A stretch of 64,000 bases of DNA, from contig CAZWDO010000022.1 in the NCBI GenBank assembly GCA_964632485.1, forward strand, positions 1-64,000. The letters run 5' to 3'. The stretch comes from an uncultured bacterium (GTDB lineage Bacteria > JAGOEH01). The notes below the pieces were generated by a model. The model was not told where the DNA came from and made no database searches. It saw only the letters and a program-made list of their open reading frames with translations. Of the stretch, positions 17,612 through 27,319 are shown piece after piece. Within the stretch, counting starts at the first letter, position 1; each line of letters begins with the position of its first letter. The translations under genes and the position numbers were made by a program.

Positions 17612-18349
17612 CTATCGGGATTCCTGGTACAAGCGATATGTGTTCCGGCCTTCACCCTTTGCCCAGTACATGGCAACGTCGGCATTCTTCATTAATGTTA
17701 AAGCCTGGTTAGCATCTTTTGGGAAAAAACTGATTCCGATAGAAGCGCCAATGTGCGCTTGTCCCATGGAGAGGGAGAATGGCGTATTCATTTCAGCCAC
17801 GATTTTTTCTGCAATCTGAGTTACCGTTTTTTGATCGGCCGGTTGACAAAGAGACATGGTGAATTCATCTCCGCCAAGACGGGCAAGAATATCACCCTGG
17901 CGACAACGGGAACTCAGGCGCTGCGAAACCTGGATCAGCAGTTCATCCCCCGCGTCGTGCCCCATGGTGTCGTTAACTTGTTTGAACTTGTCCAGATCGA
18001 TAAACAACAGGGCCAGAGTTTGCCCCATTTGTTTGGCATCGGCGCATGTCTGCTGCAATAATTCGTGAAACAGGCCACGATTGGGCAATCCGGTCAGAGG
18101 ATCGTGTCTGGCATTAATCAAATCGATTTGAGCGCCAAGCAAGTCCTCAATCATAAGTTCCAGACGAAATTCGCGCGCTTCATTCTGAATGGAAAGATTA
18201 TTGATCTGTTCGGCCAGTTCTACGACTAAAGGCGGAATTTCAACGCTTCCCGTCATCGCATCCAGATCGTGAATCGCTGCCGGATCGCCACGTATGACGC
18301 CGCGAACGATTTCCAGTAACAAGGCTAAGGGTTTTGATAAATCGTTCAT
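17612..18349 (-). CDS. Diguanylate cyclase (GGDEF)
   Basis: HDPLTGLPNR, DLDKFKQVND, RQGD I-site and RLGGDEF. Confidence 0.93.
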   Translation of the reverse strand: MNDLSKPLALLLEIVRGVIRGDPAAIHDLDAMTGSVEIPPLVVELAEQINNLSIQNEAREFRLELMIEDLLGAQIDLINARHDPLTGLPNRGLFHELLQQTCADAKQMGQTLALLFIDLDKFKQVNDTMGHDAGDELLIQVSQRLSSRCRQGDILARLGGDEFTMSLCQPADQKTVTQIAEKIVAEMNTPFSLSMGQAHIGASIGISFFPKDANQALTLMKNADVAMYWAKGEGRNTYRLYQESR

Positions 18350-18405
18350 CGCATGCCTCCGGTCAAATTCGATTGATAGGAATTGTTAATAGCTACACTT
18401 TATAT

Positions 18406-18434
18406 ATAGTAAGATGATTTGGGATATTTGTCAA
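18406..18434 (-). promoter_or_regulatory. Putative sigma70-type promoter of the GGDEF gene
   Basis: TTGACA-N17-TACTAT. Confidence 0.55.
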
Positions 18435-18599
18435 GTAAAATTTTAAAAAAAATATTTCCAATTATATAGTAATCCTTACCTGAAACCTTTTAATATTTTG
18501 AACCTTTGACGTTTCCATTTTTTTGCATTGGTGACTTGAGGACAAATCTGTTTGACTTGTTTAAAATTCATGGTTAATCGCGCTGGATTTGTTGAGAGA

Positions 18600-21104
18600 C
18601 TAATTATCCCTGTCGTTTGTTTCGATTGATTTCTCTTGTTTTACCTTTGAGTCAATCAATGCGTGTTCGGTATGCTTACGTTCTGTTATATCCATGAATA
18701 TTCCATAAGTGGCAATAAAATTATGATTATTATCATAATGGGGGGTAGCTGTAACGAAAATGTAGCGAATATTACTTTTTTGAGTGATAATTTTTAATTC
18801 ATAACTACTTTGAATTCCTCGGAGCCGCAATTCGGTTTGATGCCTTATTTCCTGATATTCTTTATCATCCAGATAATTGGCCAATGATTTTCCGACAAGG
18901 CCTCCGGGGGGTGTTTCAAATATTTTTTCAGCGGCCGGATTGGCAAATTCAAAAATTTCACTTGAATTGACAATACAAATGCCTTCCCCTTGCATTTGAA
19001 CTAAAAAACGATATTTTTCTTCGTTTTTTTCCAACTGTTGCTGGAACCGTTTATGAATAATTACTTCCCAGACATTTTTCGCAATCAGAGTGAGAGCATC
19101 ACAATGAACCGGGCTATAGTTATTGGTGGAATTGCAGATTCCCATCAAAGCCCTGATTTTGCCATTATCGATCACGGGAACGGAAATGAAGCGTTGGAGA
19201 GTTTCAGAATATTTGTTGACAATGAGCGGCTGTTGCTGTCGAATAGCATTCGCGCAAATTCCCCCCGGATCAAACGGATCAAAAAGAGCGTGGGGAATGG
19301 TATCTCCGGGAGTACGTTTCGGTGAGTATGCGCTATGGGCGATTGTTCCGCCATTTTCACTGAAAAGATGGAAAAACCCGATTTGACTTTGAGTAAGTTT
19401 AATCGTTTCCTTAAGGCAGTAATCAATAATTTCTGTATCCTCTTTTTTCTGAAATTCATTCGTAAGACGCAATGCGATTTGCAGTGATTTTTCAAACAGT
19501 TTCTGCTCGGATATATCGCGGATATTCGCAATAATACCCCGGATAATCGGATTTTTCAGATGATTGGTAGCAACCGCTTCAAGATAGATCCAACTTCCAT
19601 TTTTATGCCTGTGGCGATATTGAATACGTCCCTGCGACCGCTCATTAAATATTGCATCTTGAAACGCTTGTAGTATGGCGGGCTGGTCCTCTGGATGAAT
19701 CATTTCCGTCAGTACCGGAATATTCGTCAATTCAGCAGGGTCATAACCCAGAACTTTGGCGGCAGAATCGCTGACAAACCGTTGAATTCCTTTATCATCC
19801 AGAATAATAATTACATCATACGAATTTTCAATCAGTTGCCTGAAACGCTCTTCTTTCTCCAGGAGTTCTTTTTCATGTGTTTTTATAGCCGTAATATCAT
19901 TGCATATTACCAGGATGTTTTCCGCGGGGCCGTTAGTTCTTCTTTCCGGCATTATATGAGTGAAATGATAACGGGATCCCTTTATACCCGGGAATTCATA
20001 TTCAATATTGATCATACTATTTCCGTTGAAAGCCAGGGGTAATTTTTCGTACCATAAATCCAATATTGATAAAGGAAGTTTAAGATTTTCAAGTGTTTTT
20101 CCAAAATAGAAATCAGCGCTTTTCCCTGTTAGCTCCACAATGACATCATTGATATAGAGGCAACGCAATTCTTTATTGAAACGAATGATTATCTCCGGCA
20201 GGTTTTTAGTTAATGTACGAAATTTATAATCATTTTCTGCTAATAATGATGCCTGTTCCTGAAGTTTCTGGTTTTGGTCCGTCAGTTCCCGGGTCTGTTG
20301 CTTCACTTGTTTTTTCAACTGATTCTGGTAGTCGATCAAGTGAGTTTCATAGGTGTTAATGGCGTTCATCAGATAATTGATTTGCTCGGCAATAAATCCC
20401 ACTTCGTCCTGATATACTACGGGTATCTGTATGGCTTTATTGCCAGCCGCGTATTGACTGACTCCGGTATGGATCATTGTTGCCGGTTTAAGGATATATT
20501 TACGTAACATAATATAGCTGGAAAAGGTCAATAGAATAATGACAGCCAGCGCAATTAAAATTGACAATATAATAGTATTGATTAGAAAATAATTGTAGGA
20601 TGTAAGATCAATACATAAGTGAAGTATGCATTGACGATTAATCGAAATTTCCGAAAAAGCTGGATTGAAGCGTGTAAAATATTCGATCGATTTTTTACCG
20701 AATATTTTTATCTCATTTTTTCCCTTGGTGTTCGTAAATCGTTGGACTATTTCCTGATAGGGATAATCTGTAAGGTCCAGTTTCTGATTCAGCCATTCAA
20801 TGCGACTTGATGCCAAAAAAATATAGGGTGTATCGGTAATAACAAAGATCGATTGAATATTAAGATTTGCGTTGAACGAGAGAATAATCCTTTGTAGGTC
20901 GTCCGGTTGGGAACTGTTTTCAATGTAAGAAAGGATGGCATCTCTGGCCAGTTCAATCTGATTTTTCAGTTGTCGTGAAAGAATTGCATGCACGCTTATG
21001 AAAATCAAGGTCGAAGTAACTAACGCCACGCAAACCAGTAGAATCACTAATGGTATGAGGATGCGTTTCTTGAGGGATTTGGTAACCATTCGGTTAGTCG
21101 TCAT
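18600..21104 (-). CDS. Membrane sensor (TM-periplasmic-TM-HAMP-PAS-PAS-GAF-PAS) with no output domain
   Basis: Two TM segments, DEVG HAMP motif, three PAS/PAC units ending DIT/DIS and a GAF region. The protein ends about 25 aa after the last PAC. Start is 21104 or 21089. Confidence 0.8.
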   Translation of the reverse strand: MTTNRMVTKSLKKRILIPLVILLVCVALVTSTLIFISVHAILSRQLKNQIELARDAILSYIENSSQPDDLQRIILSFNANLNIQSIFVITDTPYIFLASSRIEWLNQKLDLTDYPYQEIVQRFTNTKGKNEIKIFGKKSIEYFTRFNPAFSEISINRQCILHLCIDLTSYNYFLINTIILSILIALAVIILLTFSSYIMLRKYILKPATMIHTGVSQYAAGNKAIQIPVVYQDEVGFIAEQINYLMNAINTYETHLIDYQNQLKKQVKQQTRELTDQNQKLQEQASLLAENDYKFRTLTKNLPEIIIRFNKELRCLYINDVIVELTGKSADFYFGKTLENLKLPLSILDLWYEKLPLAFNGNSMINIEYEFPGIKGSRYHFTHIMPERRTNGPAENILVICNDITAIKTHEKELLEKEERFRQLIENSYDVIIILDDKGIQRFVSDSAAKVLGYDPAELTNIPVLTEMIHPEDQPAILQAFQDAIFNERSQGRIQYRHRHKNGSWIYLEAVATNHLKNPIIRGIIANIRDISEQKLFEKSLQIALRLTNEFQKKEDTEIIDYCLKETIKLTQSQIGFFHLFSENGGTIAHSAYSPKRTPGDTIPHALFDPFDPGGICANAIRQQQPLIVNKYSETLQRFISVPVIDNGKIRALMGICNSTNNYSPVHCDALTLIAKNVWEVIIHKRFQQQLEKNEEKYRFLVQMQGEGICIVNSSEIFEFANPAAEKIFETPPGGLVGKSLANYLDDKEYQEIRHQTELRLRGIQSSYELKIITQKSNIRYIFVTATPHYDNNHNFIATYGIFMDITERKHTEHALIDSKVKQEKSIETNDRDN

Positions 21105-22080
21105 AAGTGTTTCGCAGGTCTTTAACGATCGTTGGTTCGATAAACGAATCGCTGTTAAACTTATTTTTTGAAAATGGTTGATTTTTTTTATATTCGACAC
21201 CATTGAAAGCCTTTCGGAGGGTCGAATGGGGGGCAAAAAGCTCTTTTTGATCATATTGGCTCAGAATCCGAATGTTTTCAAGGGAAAATCGCAGTAATGG
21301 ATAGGGTATCTGAGTTCGGCGGCTGATAATCTGCAATCCTTCTTCTGGATGGGATTTCAGAAAAAGCGCCGCCTGACTGAGGGCTCTGACTATTTTTTTC
21401 AGATCCTGTGAGTGGCACCTGATATAGTGTTGATTTGCCGCCAGCACATCGCATACGCTATCGGAAACAATTTCACCGCTAAAAATTTCTTCGTATCCAT
21501 AGGTGAGTTTGATAAACTCCGAAAAGGGCGGGTTACTGCATACCGCATCAATTTTTTCCTGTTCTATTAATTGAATCATTAAATTCTGATTGGCTTTAAC
21601 CCACTGGATATCCTTCATTTCAATGTAGTTTTTTCTTAATGCCTCCGTTAGTATTTGACAATCGGAAGCGTGATATTCCGAAGCGATCCGCTTCCCTCGT
21701 AATTCTGTAAAACATTGTATTCCTTTTTTTGCTAAAATTACATCTGCTCTAACGGATAAATCAATGACGTAAAAGGCCCGGATCGGTTCTTGAGTTACCT
21801 GAAACAGATCGATGATTGCTTCGATATTACAGCACAAAATGTCTAATTTACCGTTTTTAAAAATTTTCTTACTATCCGAAAGCGACATAAATTCCTTAAG
21901 TTTGACCTTCACATTTTGGTCGTCGAAAAAACCTTTTTCTTCAGCGATAAATAATACCCCGTACCCGGGCCAGGTGCTCAATCCGATCATAATGGGATTT
22001 TTTTCTTTCATACATCCGGAAAATGTCAAAAACAATGAGATCAATAGGAAGTTAAACTTCTTTATTAATGCGCCATACAC
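21094..22080 (-). CDS. NitT/TauT (NMT1-like) substrate-binding lipoprotein
   Basis: FSGC lipobox, WPGY..LFIAEEKGFF, LRGKRIA. GTG start follows a GGAGA RBS. Confidence 0.8.
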   Translation of the reverse strand: MYGALIKKFNFLLISLFLTFSGCMKEKNPIMIGLSTWPGYGVLFIAEEKGFFDDQNVKVKLKEFMSLSDSKKIFKNGKLDILCCNIEAIIDLFQVTQEPIRAFYVIDLSVRADVILAKKGIQCFTELRGKRIASEYHASDCQILTEALRKNYIEMKDIQWVKANQNLMIQLIEQEKIDAVCSNPPFSEFIKLTYGYEEIFSGEIVSDSVCDVLAANQHYIRCHSQDLKKIVRALSQAALFLKSHPEEGLQIISRRTQIPYPLLRFSLENIRILSQYDQKELFAPHSTLRKAFNGVEYKKNQPFSKNKFNSDSFIEPTIVKDLRNTYDD

Positions 22081-22225
22081 TAATTCTCCATTAAACCGAA
22101 TAATCAGCAGAAAAGATTTGCTTTTAATCATAAAACAGGCCTTTTCTTGTCAGGAAAATTTTGCATAGGCTAACCTTGAAATTATTGATCTATCGAGCCA
22201 AAATACGAGAGTCTATCTTACTACA

Positions 22226-22253
22226 ATTATAACAAAAAATAGTGGGATGTCAA
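22226..22253 (-). promoter_or_regulatory. Sigma70-type promoter of the binding protein-sensor pair
   Basis: TTGACA-N16-TATAAT. Confidence 0.65.
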
Positions 22254-22319
22254 GTTTTTTTTGCTAATATTTTTTTAGTTTTGAAACGAACGGCAAATGG
22301 GAAAAGGAGAATTGTCGCG

Positions 22320-23192
22320 CTACAATTTAATACGATCAAAGCCTTTACCGTAAACGCCCATGACGGTAGCGACCGAGATAAAGGCTTCGGGATCTTCATC
22401 CCGTACCAGACGAAGAATCAGGGGGAGTTCGCTTTTACGACCCACTACCAGCAGAATTTCCTGGTTTTGGCCGCTATACCAGCCCCGACCGTTGATAAAG
22501 GTAACTCCTCGTTTGATCTCGGCGCCGATCCTGTCGGCAATTCGCCGGTTTTGATTAGAGAAGATAAAAAACTGGACCGATTGTTTGGCGCCTTCCAGCA
22601 CCATATCAACGGTGTAAGCGCTCACCGCCATCGTAACGTAACCATAGACGATTTTTTCCAGAGAACCGAAGATAAACCAGGACGAAGCAATAATGACCAG
22701 ATCAAAAGTGATAAAGATTCTCCCGGGGGAAATGTTACGATAATGATTGATCAACATGGCAATTATATCGGTTCCACCCGTGCTGCCACCCTGAGTGAAA
22801 ACCAGGCCGACACCGGCGCCACCCAGCGCTCCGCCGATAATCGCTGCCATGAAATCATCATTGATGATCGGTTGTTTGATCAATGACTGCAATAAGAAAA
22901 TAAATCCCGAAAGCGCCAGAATGCCATACACCGTCTTCACCCCAAACTGCGCTCCCAATATGCGAATTGCGGCCAAAATCAGGATAATATTAATAATCAG
23001 ATAGGTGATTCCTATTGGGAATCCGCTCGCAAAGAAGACCAGGCTGCTGATGCCACTGACGCCGCCCCCTATAATTTTTGCCGGTATTAAAAAAAGATTC
23101 AATCCTACGGCGCTAATAAGCAATCCTAACGTAATAATAATATAATTGCGAATAGAAAGCTGAATACTCATTTTTTCTTCCAGTTTAAACAT
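22320..23192 (-). CDS. YitT-family membrane protein
   Basis: GGVSG, GGSTGGTDI, C-terminal RGVT...GWYSG...DPEAFI. Confidence 0.9.
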   Translation of the reverse strand: MFKLEEKMSIQLSIRNYIIITLGLLISAVGLNLFLIPAKIIGGGVSGISSLVFFASGFPIGITYLIINIILILAAIRILGAQFGVKTVYGILALSGFIFLLQSLIKQPIINDDFMAAIIGGALGGAGVGLVFTQGGSTGGTDIIAMLINHYRNISPGRIFITFDLVIIASSWFIFGSLEKIVYGYVTMAVSAYTVDMVLEGAKQSVQFFIFSNQNRRIADRIGAEIKRGVTFINGRGWYSGQNQEILLVVGRKSELPLILRLVRDEDPEAFISVATVMGVYGKGFDRIKL

Positions 23193-23337
23193 TGTTTCGC
23201 CATTCCTGTGGCTTTTAAACATATAAATTATATAACAATTTTCTAATAAAATCAAGTTGTAAAATAAAGTTTGAAACATTTATAAATTAATTTCGTATAT
23301 AAAAACCAGTTAAATCTAGTCAAAGGAAGGGTAAATC

Positions 23338-24057
23338 GTGGAAGTCATGATTGTGGAAGATGAAAAATCAATTGCCCGTTATATTGAAATTTTGTGTAGC
23401 CGTTTTCTTTCCGGACAACTCCAGCATACGTATGTTTTTCACAGTGTTCGACATGCCAGGGATTTCATAGAGAATCATGGTGTAGATTTATGCCTTTTAG
23501 ATCTGGATGTCAATGGTGAAAACGGGTATGATTTATTAAATTTTAATGGACGCCACACCTTTCCCACGATTATTGTTTCCGCTCATATTCAGAAAGCCAT
23601 TGATGCATTTGAATACGGAGTAGTGGATTTTGTGCCTAAGCCCTTTGATGATAACCGTTTTGAAAAAGCAGTCGATCGATTTCTTTCCAGTTGTGTGAAT
23701 CCACAGGCTCATAAGCGGTTTCTGGTTTCAAAACAGGGCGCCCAAAATAGTTTGATTGATACGCAGAATATCTCACATTTTAAAGCAGCGGATATTTATG
23801 TAGAGGCTCATCTTTTAGATGGCAAAATTGAATTGTTATCCGAGACGATGAACTGCCTGGAAGAAAAATTGCCGGCTAATTTTTTTCGCTCGCACCGTTC
23901 CTATATTATTGATTTAAATCGAGTGGAGAATTATGGGTATCATGGTAGCGGCAATTATGGAGTTCATCTTAAAGGAATAGAGCAGGTTCTGCCATTGAGC
24001 CGTTCCAGGCATAAGGCGCTTGACGCCGCTTTATCGGTTTTACACGGTAGTTGCTAA
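23338..24057 (+). CDS. LytTR-family response regulator
   Basis: REC motifs VEDE, LLD and KPF; LytTR motif FFRSHRSYII. Confidence 0.9.
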   Translation: MEVMIVEDEKSIARYIEILCSRFLSGQLQHTYVFHSVRHARDFIENHGVDLCLLDLDVNGENGYDLLNFNGRHTFPTIIVSAHIQKAIDAFEYGVVDFVPKPFDDNRFEKAVDRFLSSCVNPQAHKRFLVSKQGAQNSLIDTQNISHFKAADIYVEAHLLDGKIELLSETMNCLEEKLPANFFRSHRSYIIDLNRVENYGYHGSGNYGVHLKGIEQVLPLSRSRHKALDAALSVLHGSC

Positions 24058-24082
24058 TCAATATCTCTCTCATTGGCCTTAA

Positions 24083-24850
24083 ATGATCTCTTTTTTGTTG
24101 TTCGGGTTTTATCAGTTATGGAATGATCCCTTAAAAACCGTTTTGGGGTTTGCGCTTTATAATGGAGCGCTTTTGAGTTTTGCGTTTTTTATTTTATATT
24201 TTTTACAGCAGAAAAAAAAAGAGCTGGTAGGAAAAAAATACCTTTTATTGCTGGAACAGGAAAATGAACGATTGAAATTGGAATTAAATAAACGTTATTT
24301 GATGCCGCATACCGTGTTAAACAGCATGATGTCGATCGTTTCCTGGGTTTCTCAGGATACAACCGCGGCAATCTCTCTGATTAACAACCTGGCTGATGAG
24401 TTCCGCGAGATTAACATCCTCAAGGATCAGTCATTGATCCCGTTTGAAAAGGAAATCGCGATTTGCCGCAAACATTTGAACATTATGGCCTGTCGTAAAG
24501 AGATCTGTTATACGTTGATGGTGGAAGGGGAATATTTCAATCTTCAAACTCCTCCTCTCATTATTTACAGTTTGGTGGAAAATGCCTTAAAACATGCCTG
24601 GGGTCCCCACGAATGTGGAACATTTCGGCTTCAAATTAACTGTAACAGGAACTATATCAACCTGCGACTGACGAACAATGTAGGCCATAGTTTCGATTCT
24701 GCATCCAGTGAAGAAACCGGATTCAGCTATAAATATGTGCGTTCCCGGTTGAAACATGCCTTTGGTGATAATTGGAGTCTTGTCCATGCTTTCGAGGATC
24801 CCTTATATATCGTCGCTATTCAATTTCCTTGCAATAGCGAGCTTTCATAA
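24083..24850 (+). CDS. LytS-type histidine kinase, short and with a degenerate ATPase domain
   Basis: MPHTVLNSM H-box and LVENALKHA N-box; G boxes altered. Confidence 0.75.
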   Translation: MISFLLFGFYQLWNDPLKTVLGFALYNGALLSFAFFILYFLQQKKKELVGKKYLLLLEQENERLKLELNKRYLMPHTVLNSMMSIVSWVSQDTTAAISLINNLADEFREINILKDQSLIPFEKEIAICRKHLNIMACRKEICYTLMVEGEYFNLQTPPLIIYSLVENALKHAWGPHECGTFRLQINCNRNYINLRLTNNVGHSFDSASSEETGFSYKYVRSRLKHAFGDNWSLVHAFEDPLYIVAIQFPCNSELS

Positions 24851-24892
24851 TGAGATTGACATTCTCCGGCTTCGAACCCGACAATTCAATGC

Positions 24893-27319
24893 TCAATCCT
24901 TAGGTTTGGCGTCCCGTCCGTCATCCATATCTTTCTGGTATTTTTGCCGGAAATCGTTGATAGTCCAGGAGATGGAAAGCGAAACGGAGCGGCTGCCATT
25001 GTATTTCCGATATGAAGTCGAGATATAATTGGAACCGTAACTTTCATCTTCATAGATGTTTTTTTTGAAAATATCATTCAGATTCAAATTGATTCTCAAC
25101 CGGCGGTCGAAAAACTGACGGGAAAGGGCGATTCCGGTCCAAATCGTTTCCTTTCGTTTTTCAATATGGGTTTTATATCCGGGAGAGTAGTTGCCCCAGA
25201 AACTGAGCGACATATCCCACCAGATGGTAGTGTTGATGGAAAGGTTCAGACTCCAGAAAAATCCATCATAATCGAATGTTTCCGTCAGATAGCTCCCTTT
25301 GTAAATCAGATAATAAAGATTGAAATAAGGAGATATCTGCAGCCATTTTGTTATCGGGAAATACCCGCTCAGATCGACTCCCCAGGTGCGGGCGCTGGCA
25401 AGATTGACAGACTTTCGGAGACTGATCGTGTCGTCCACAATGGTGGTTACCGAGCGATAGTTGTCTTGCGACGAGGTCATGTAGGCTTTTGAATTGAGGG
25501 ATTTCCAGTTGGCGCTGAGTTCCATGACGTGAACATAGATCGGTTTGAGTTGCGGATTGCCCTGATACCAATCGGTGGGTGATATTTTGTTGAGGAATGG
25601 ATTGATATAATAGAGTGATGGGCGGCGGATGCGCCGGGAATAATTGAAACGCAGGCTTTGCTGCGGATTGAAGTTGTAGCCCACAAAGGCGCTGGGGAAG
25701 ATACCGGCATAGCTGTCCCGATTGATTTCTTCGGTATTATAAAGCTTCGATCGAGTGGAAGTGGCCTCAACCCGCAGCCCGAGTTTGAAATCCAGGGATT
25801 TCAGTTTGCGGGTATAGCTGGAATAGGTGGCCCATATTTGTTCCTGATAGCCGAAATCGTTGCTGAGGTTCGTATCGAGTTGCCATTGGGCAAGTGAATC
25901 TGCGGTTTTGGCCGAATACTCCTGCCTACGATCACGAAATGTAAAATGGAATCCCGCTTCGACTTTACCCAATGTTTTAGACGGGTTGACGTAATCCGTG
26001 CGCCAGGTCAGGTAATGGTTGTTCGTATGAGTTTTGCGGACAGAAAAGTTTTGCCGATCGGATGGGTAATAGTAAAACGCGTTATCGGTTAAGTCATTGC
26101 TGGTGTAGTTGTTGTTGTATAGATCAGAGGTGAGTTCATGCCCTTCTTTTCCCGGTTTCCATTTATAGAACAGGCCTTCGCAAATCTGAGTCTGCTTGTA
26201 GGTGGCGCTGTTGCGATTATCGTACTCCAATTGAGCCGAGCTGTCGCTTTCACCCTGGAATTCGCCGGTGAAGCCGTTATTGTTTGAGCGGTTGTAATTG
26301 CCCTCGATGGATGCAGTCAATGAATGCCGCGGGTTCAAATCGCAATCAACTCCCAGCTTGGCGTTTTGTCCCGTGTAACTTCCATCCGATTTCCCTTGGG
26401 AACGTCGGAAATCAGTTCCTGCGTCCCCCCAGGTCAGTCGCGTCGAATTCGAAGTGGATTCAAATACCGAACGGTAAAGTGAATAATCAGCGAAAAAATT
26501 CCAATTGTTTTTTTTGTAGTTGAAGATATAGCCGCCGTGGAGGCCATCATTCGTATTGCCGCCGAGATTGACCCGGCCGTTGTAGCTGGGCAGCTCGCTT
26601 TTTTTTTGAATGATGTTGATGATGCCGGCGTCGCCTTCGGGGTCATAGCGCGCGGAAGGGGTGGTGATGACTTCGATTTTGTCAATCATGGCCGCCGGCA
26701 TCTGTTCCAGCAGCCGGCTGTCGCCTAGCATCGGCTTACCGTCCATGAGGATAGTCACTCCCGAACGTCCCTGGATGCTGATGGCGTTGTTTAAATCAAC
26801 CGTTATCGACGGCGTCATTTTCAGGACGTCGATGACAGTTCCGCCGGCCGCTACCGGCATCTTGTCCACATTGACTACGCGTTTGTCGATCAGGTTTTCG
26901 ATGGTTGGTTTGGCTGATTCCACCTCCACGGCTTGTATGTCGAAGGCCTTGGCCGTTAGCGAAATTTGTCCCAAATTGAGAAATCCGATATTCATCTGTT
27001 GAGCTTTCAATTCGATGCTGTCTTTTTGCCAGGGTTCATAACCCATAAAGGTGATGCGCAGCCGGTACTGGCCAAACGGTACGTCATTGAGCGAAAAATT
27101 GCCCAGAGTGTCGCTGGCGGCGCCAGTGATAATCGAATCGCCGGCCAACGGATAGATCAGGACGTTAGCGTAGGGAATTGGGATTCGCGCGGCAGAATCG
27201 ACCACGCCGCCCATGATCATCCCCGTGCCGGGTTTGGGTATATCCGGCGGCTGCGCGAATATGCCATGGATGACGAATAAATAGGCTGCAAAGATAACCG
27301 CCGCGGACAGTTTTCTCAT
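24893..27319 (-). CDS. TonB-dependent receptor / outer-membrane beta-barrel family protein
   Basis: IEVITTPSARYDPEGDAGIINI plug, YSRRIRRP, GNPQLKP. Confidence 0.9.
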   Translation of the reverse strand: MRKLSAAVIFAAYLFVIHGIFAQPPDIPKPGTGMIMGGVVDSAARIPIPYANVLIYPLAGDSIITGAASDTLGNFSLNDVPFGQYRLRITFMGYEPWQKDSIELKAQQMNIGFLNLGQISLTAKAFDIQAVEVESAKPTIENLIDKRVVNVDKMPVAAGGTVIDVLKMTPSITVDLNNAISIQGRSGVTILMDGKPMLGDSRLLEQMPAAMIDKIEVITTPSARYDPEGDAGIINIIQKKSELPSYNGRVNLGGNTNDGLHGGYIFNYKKNNWNFFADYSLYRSVFESTSNSTRLTWGDAGTDFRRSQGKSDGSYTGQNAKLGVDCDLNPRHSLTASIEGNYNRSNNNGFTGEFQGESDSSAQLEYDNRNSATYKQTQICEGLFYKWKPGKEGHELTSDLYNNNYTSNDLTDNAFYYYPSDRQNFSVRKTHTNNHYLTWRTDYVNPSKTLGKVEAGFHFTFRDRRQEYSAKTADSLAQWQLDTNLSNDFGYQEQIWATYSSYTRKLKSLDFKLGLRVEATSTRSKLYNTEEINRDSYAGIFPSAFVGYNFNPQQSLRFNYSRRIRRPSLYYINPFLNKISPTDWYQGNPQLKPIYVHVMELSANWKSLNSKAYMTSSQDNYRSVTTIVDDTISLRKSVNLASARTWGVDLSGYFPITKWLQISPYFNLYYLIYKGSYLTETFDYDGFFWSLNLSINTTIWWDMSLSFWGNYSPGYKTHIEKRKETIWTGIALSRQFFDRRLRINLNLNDIFKKNIYEDESYGSNYISTSYRKYNGSRSVSLSISWTINDFRQKYQKDMDDGRDAKPKD

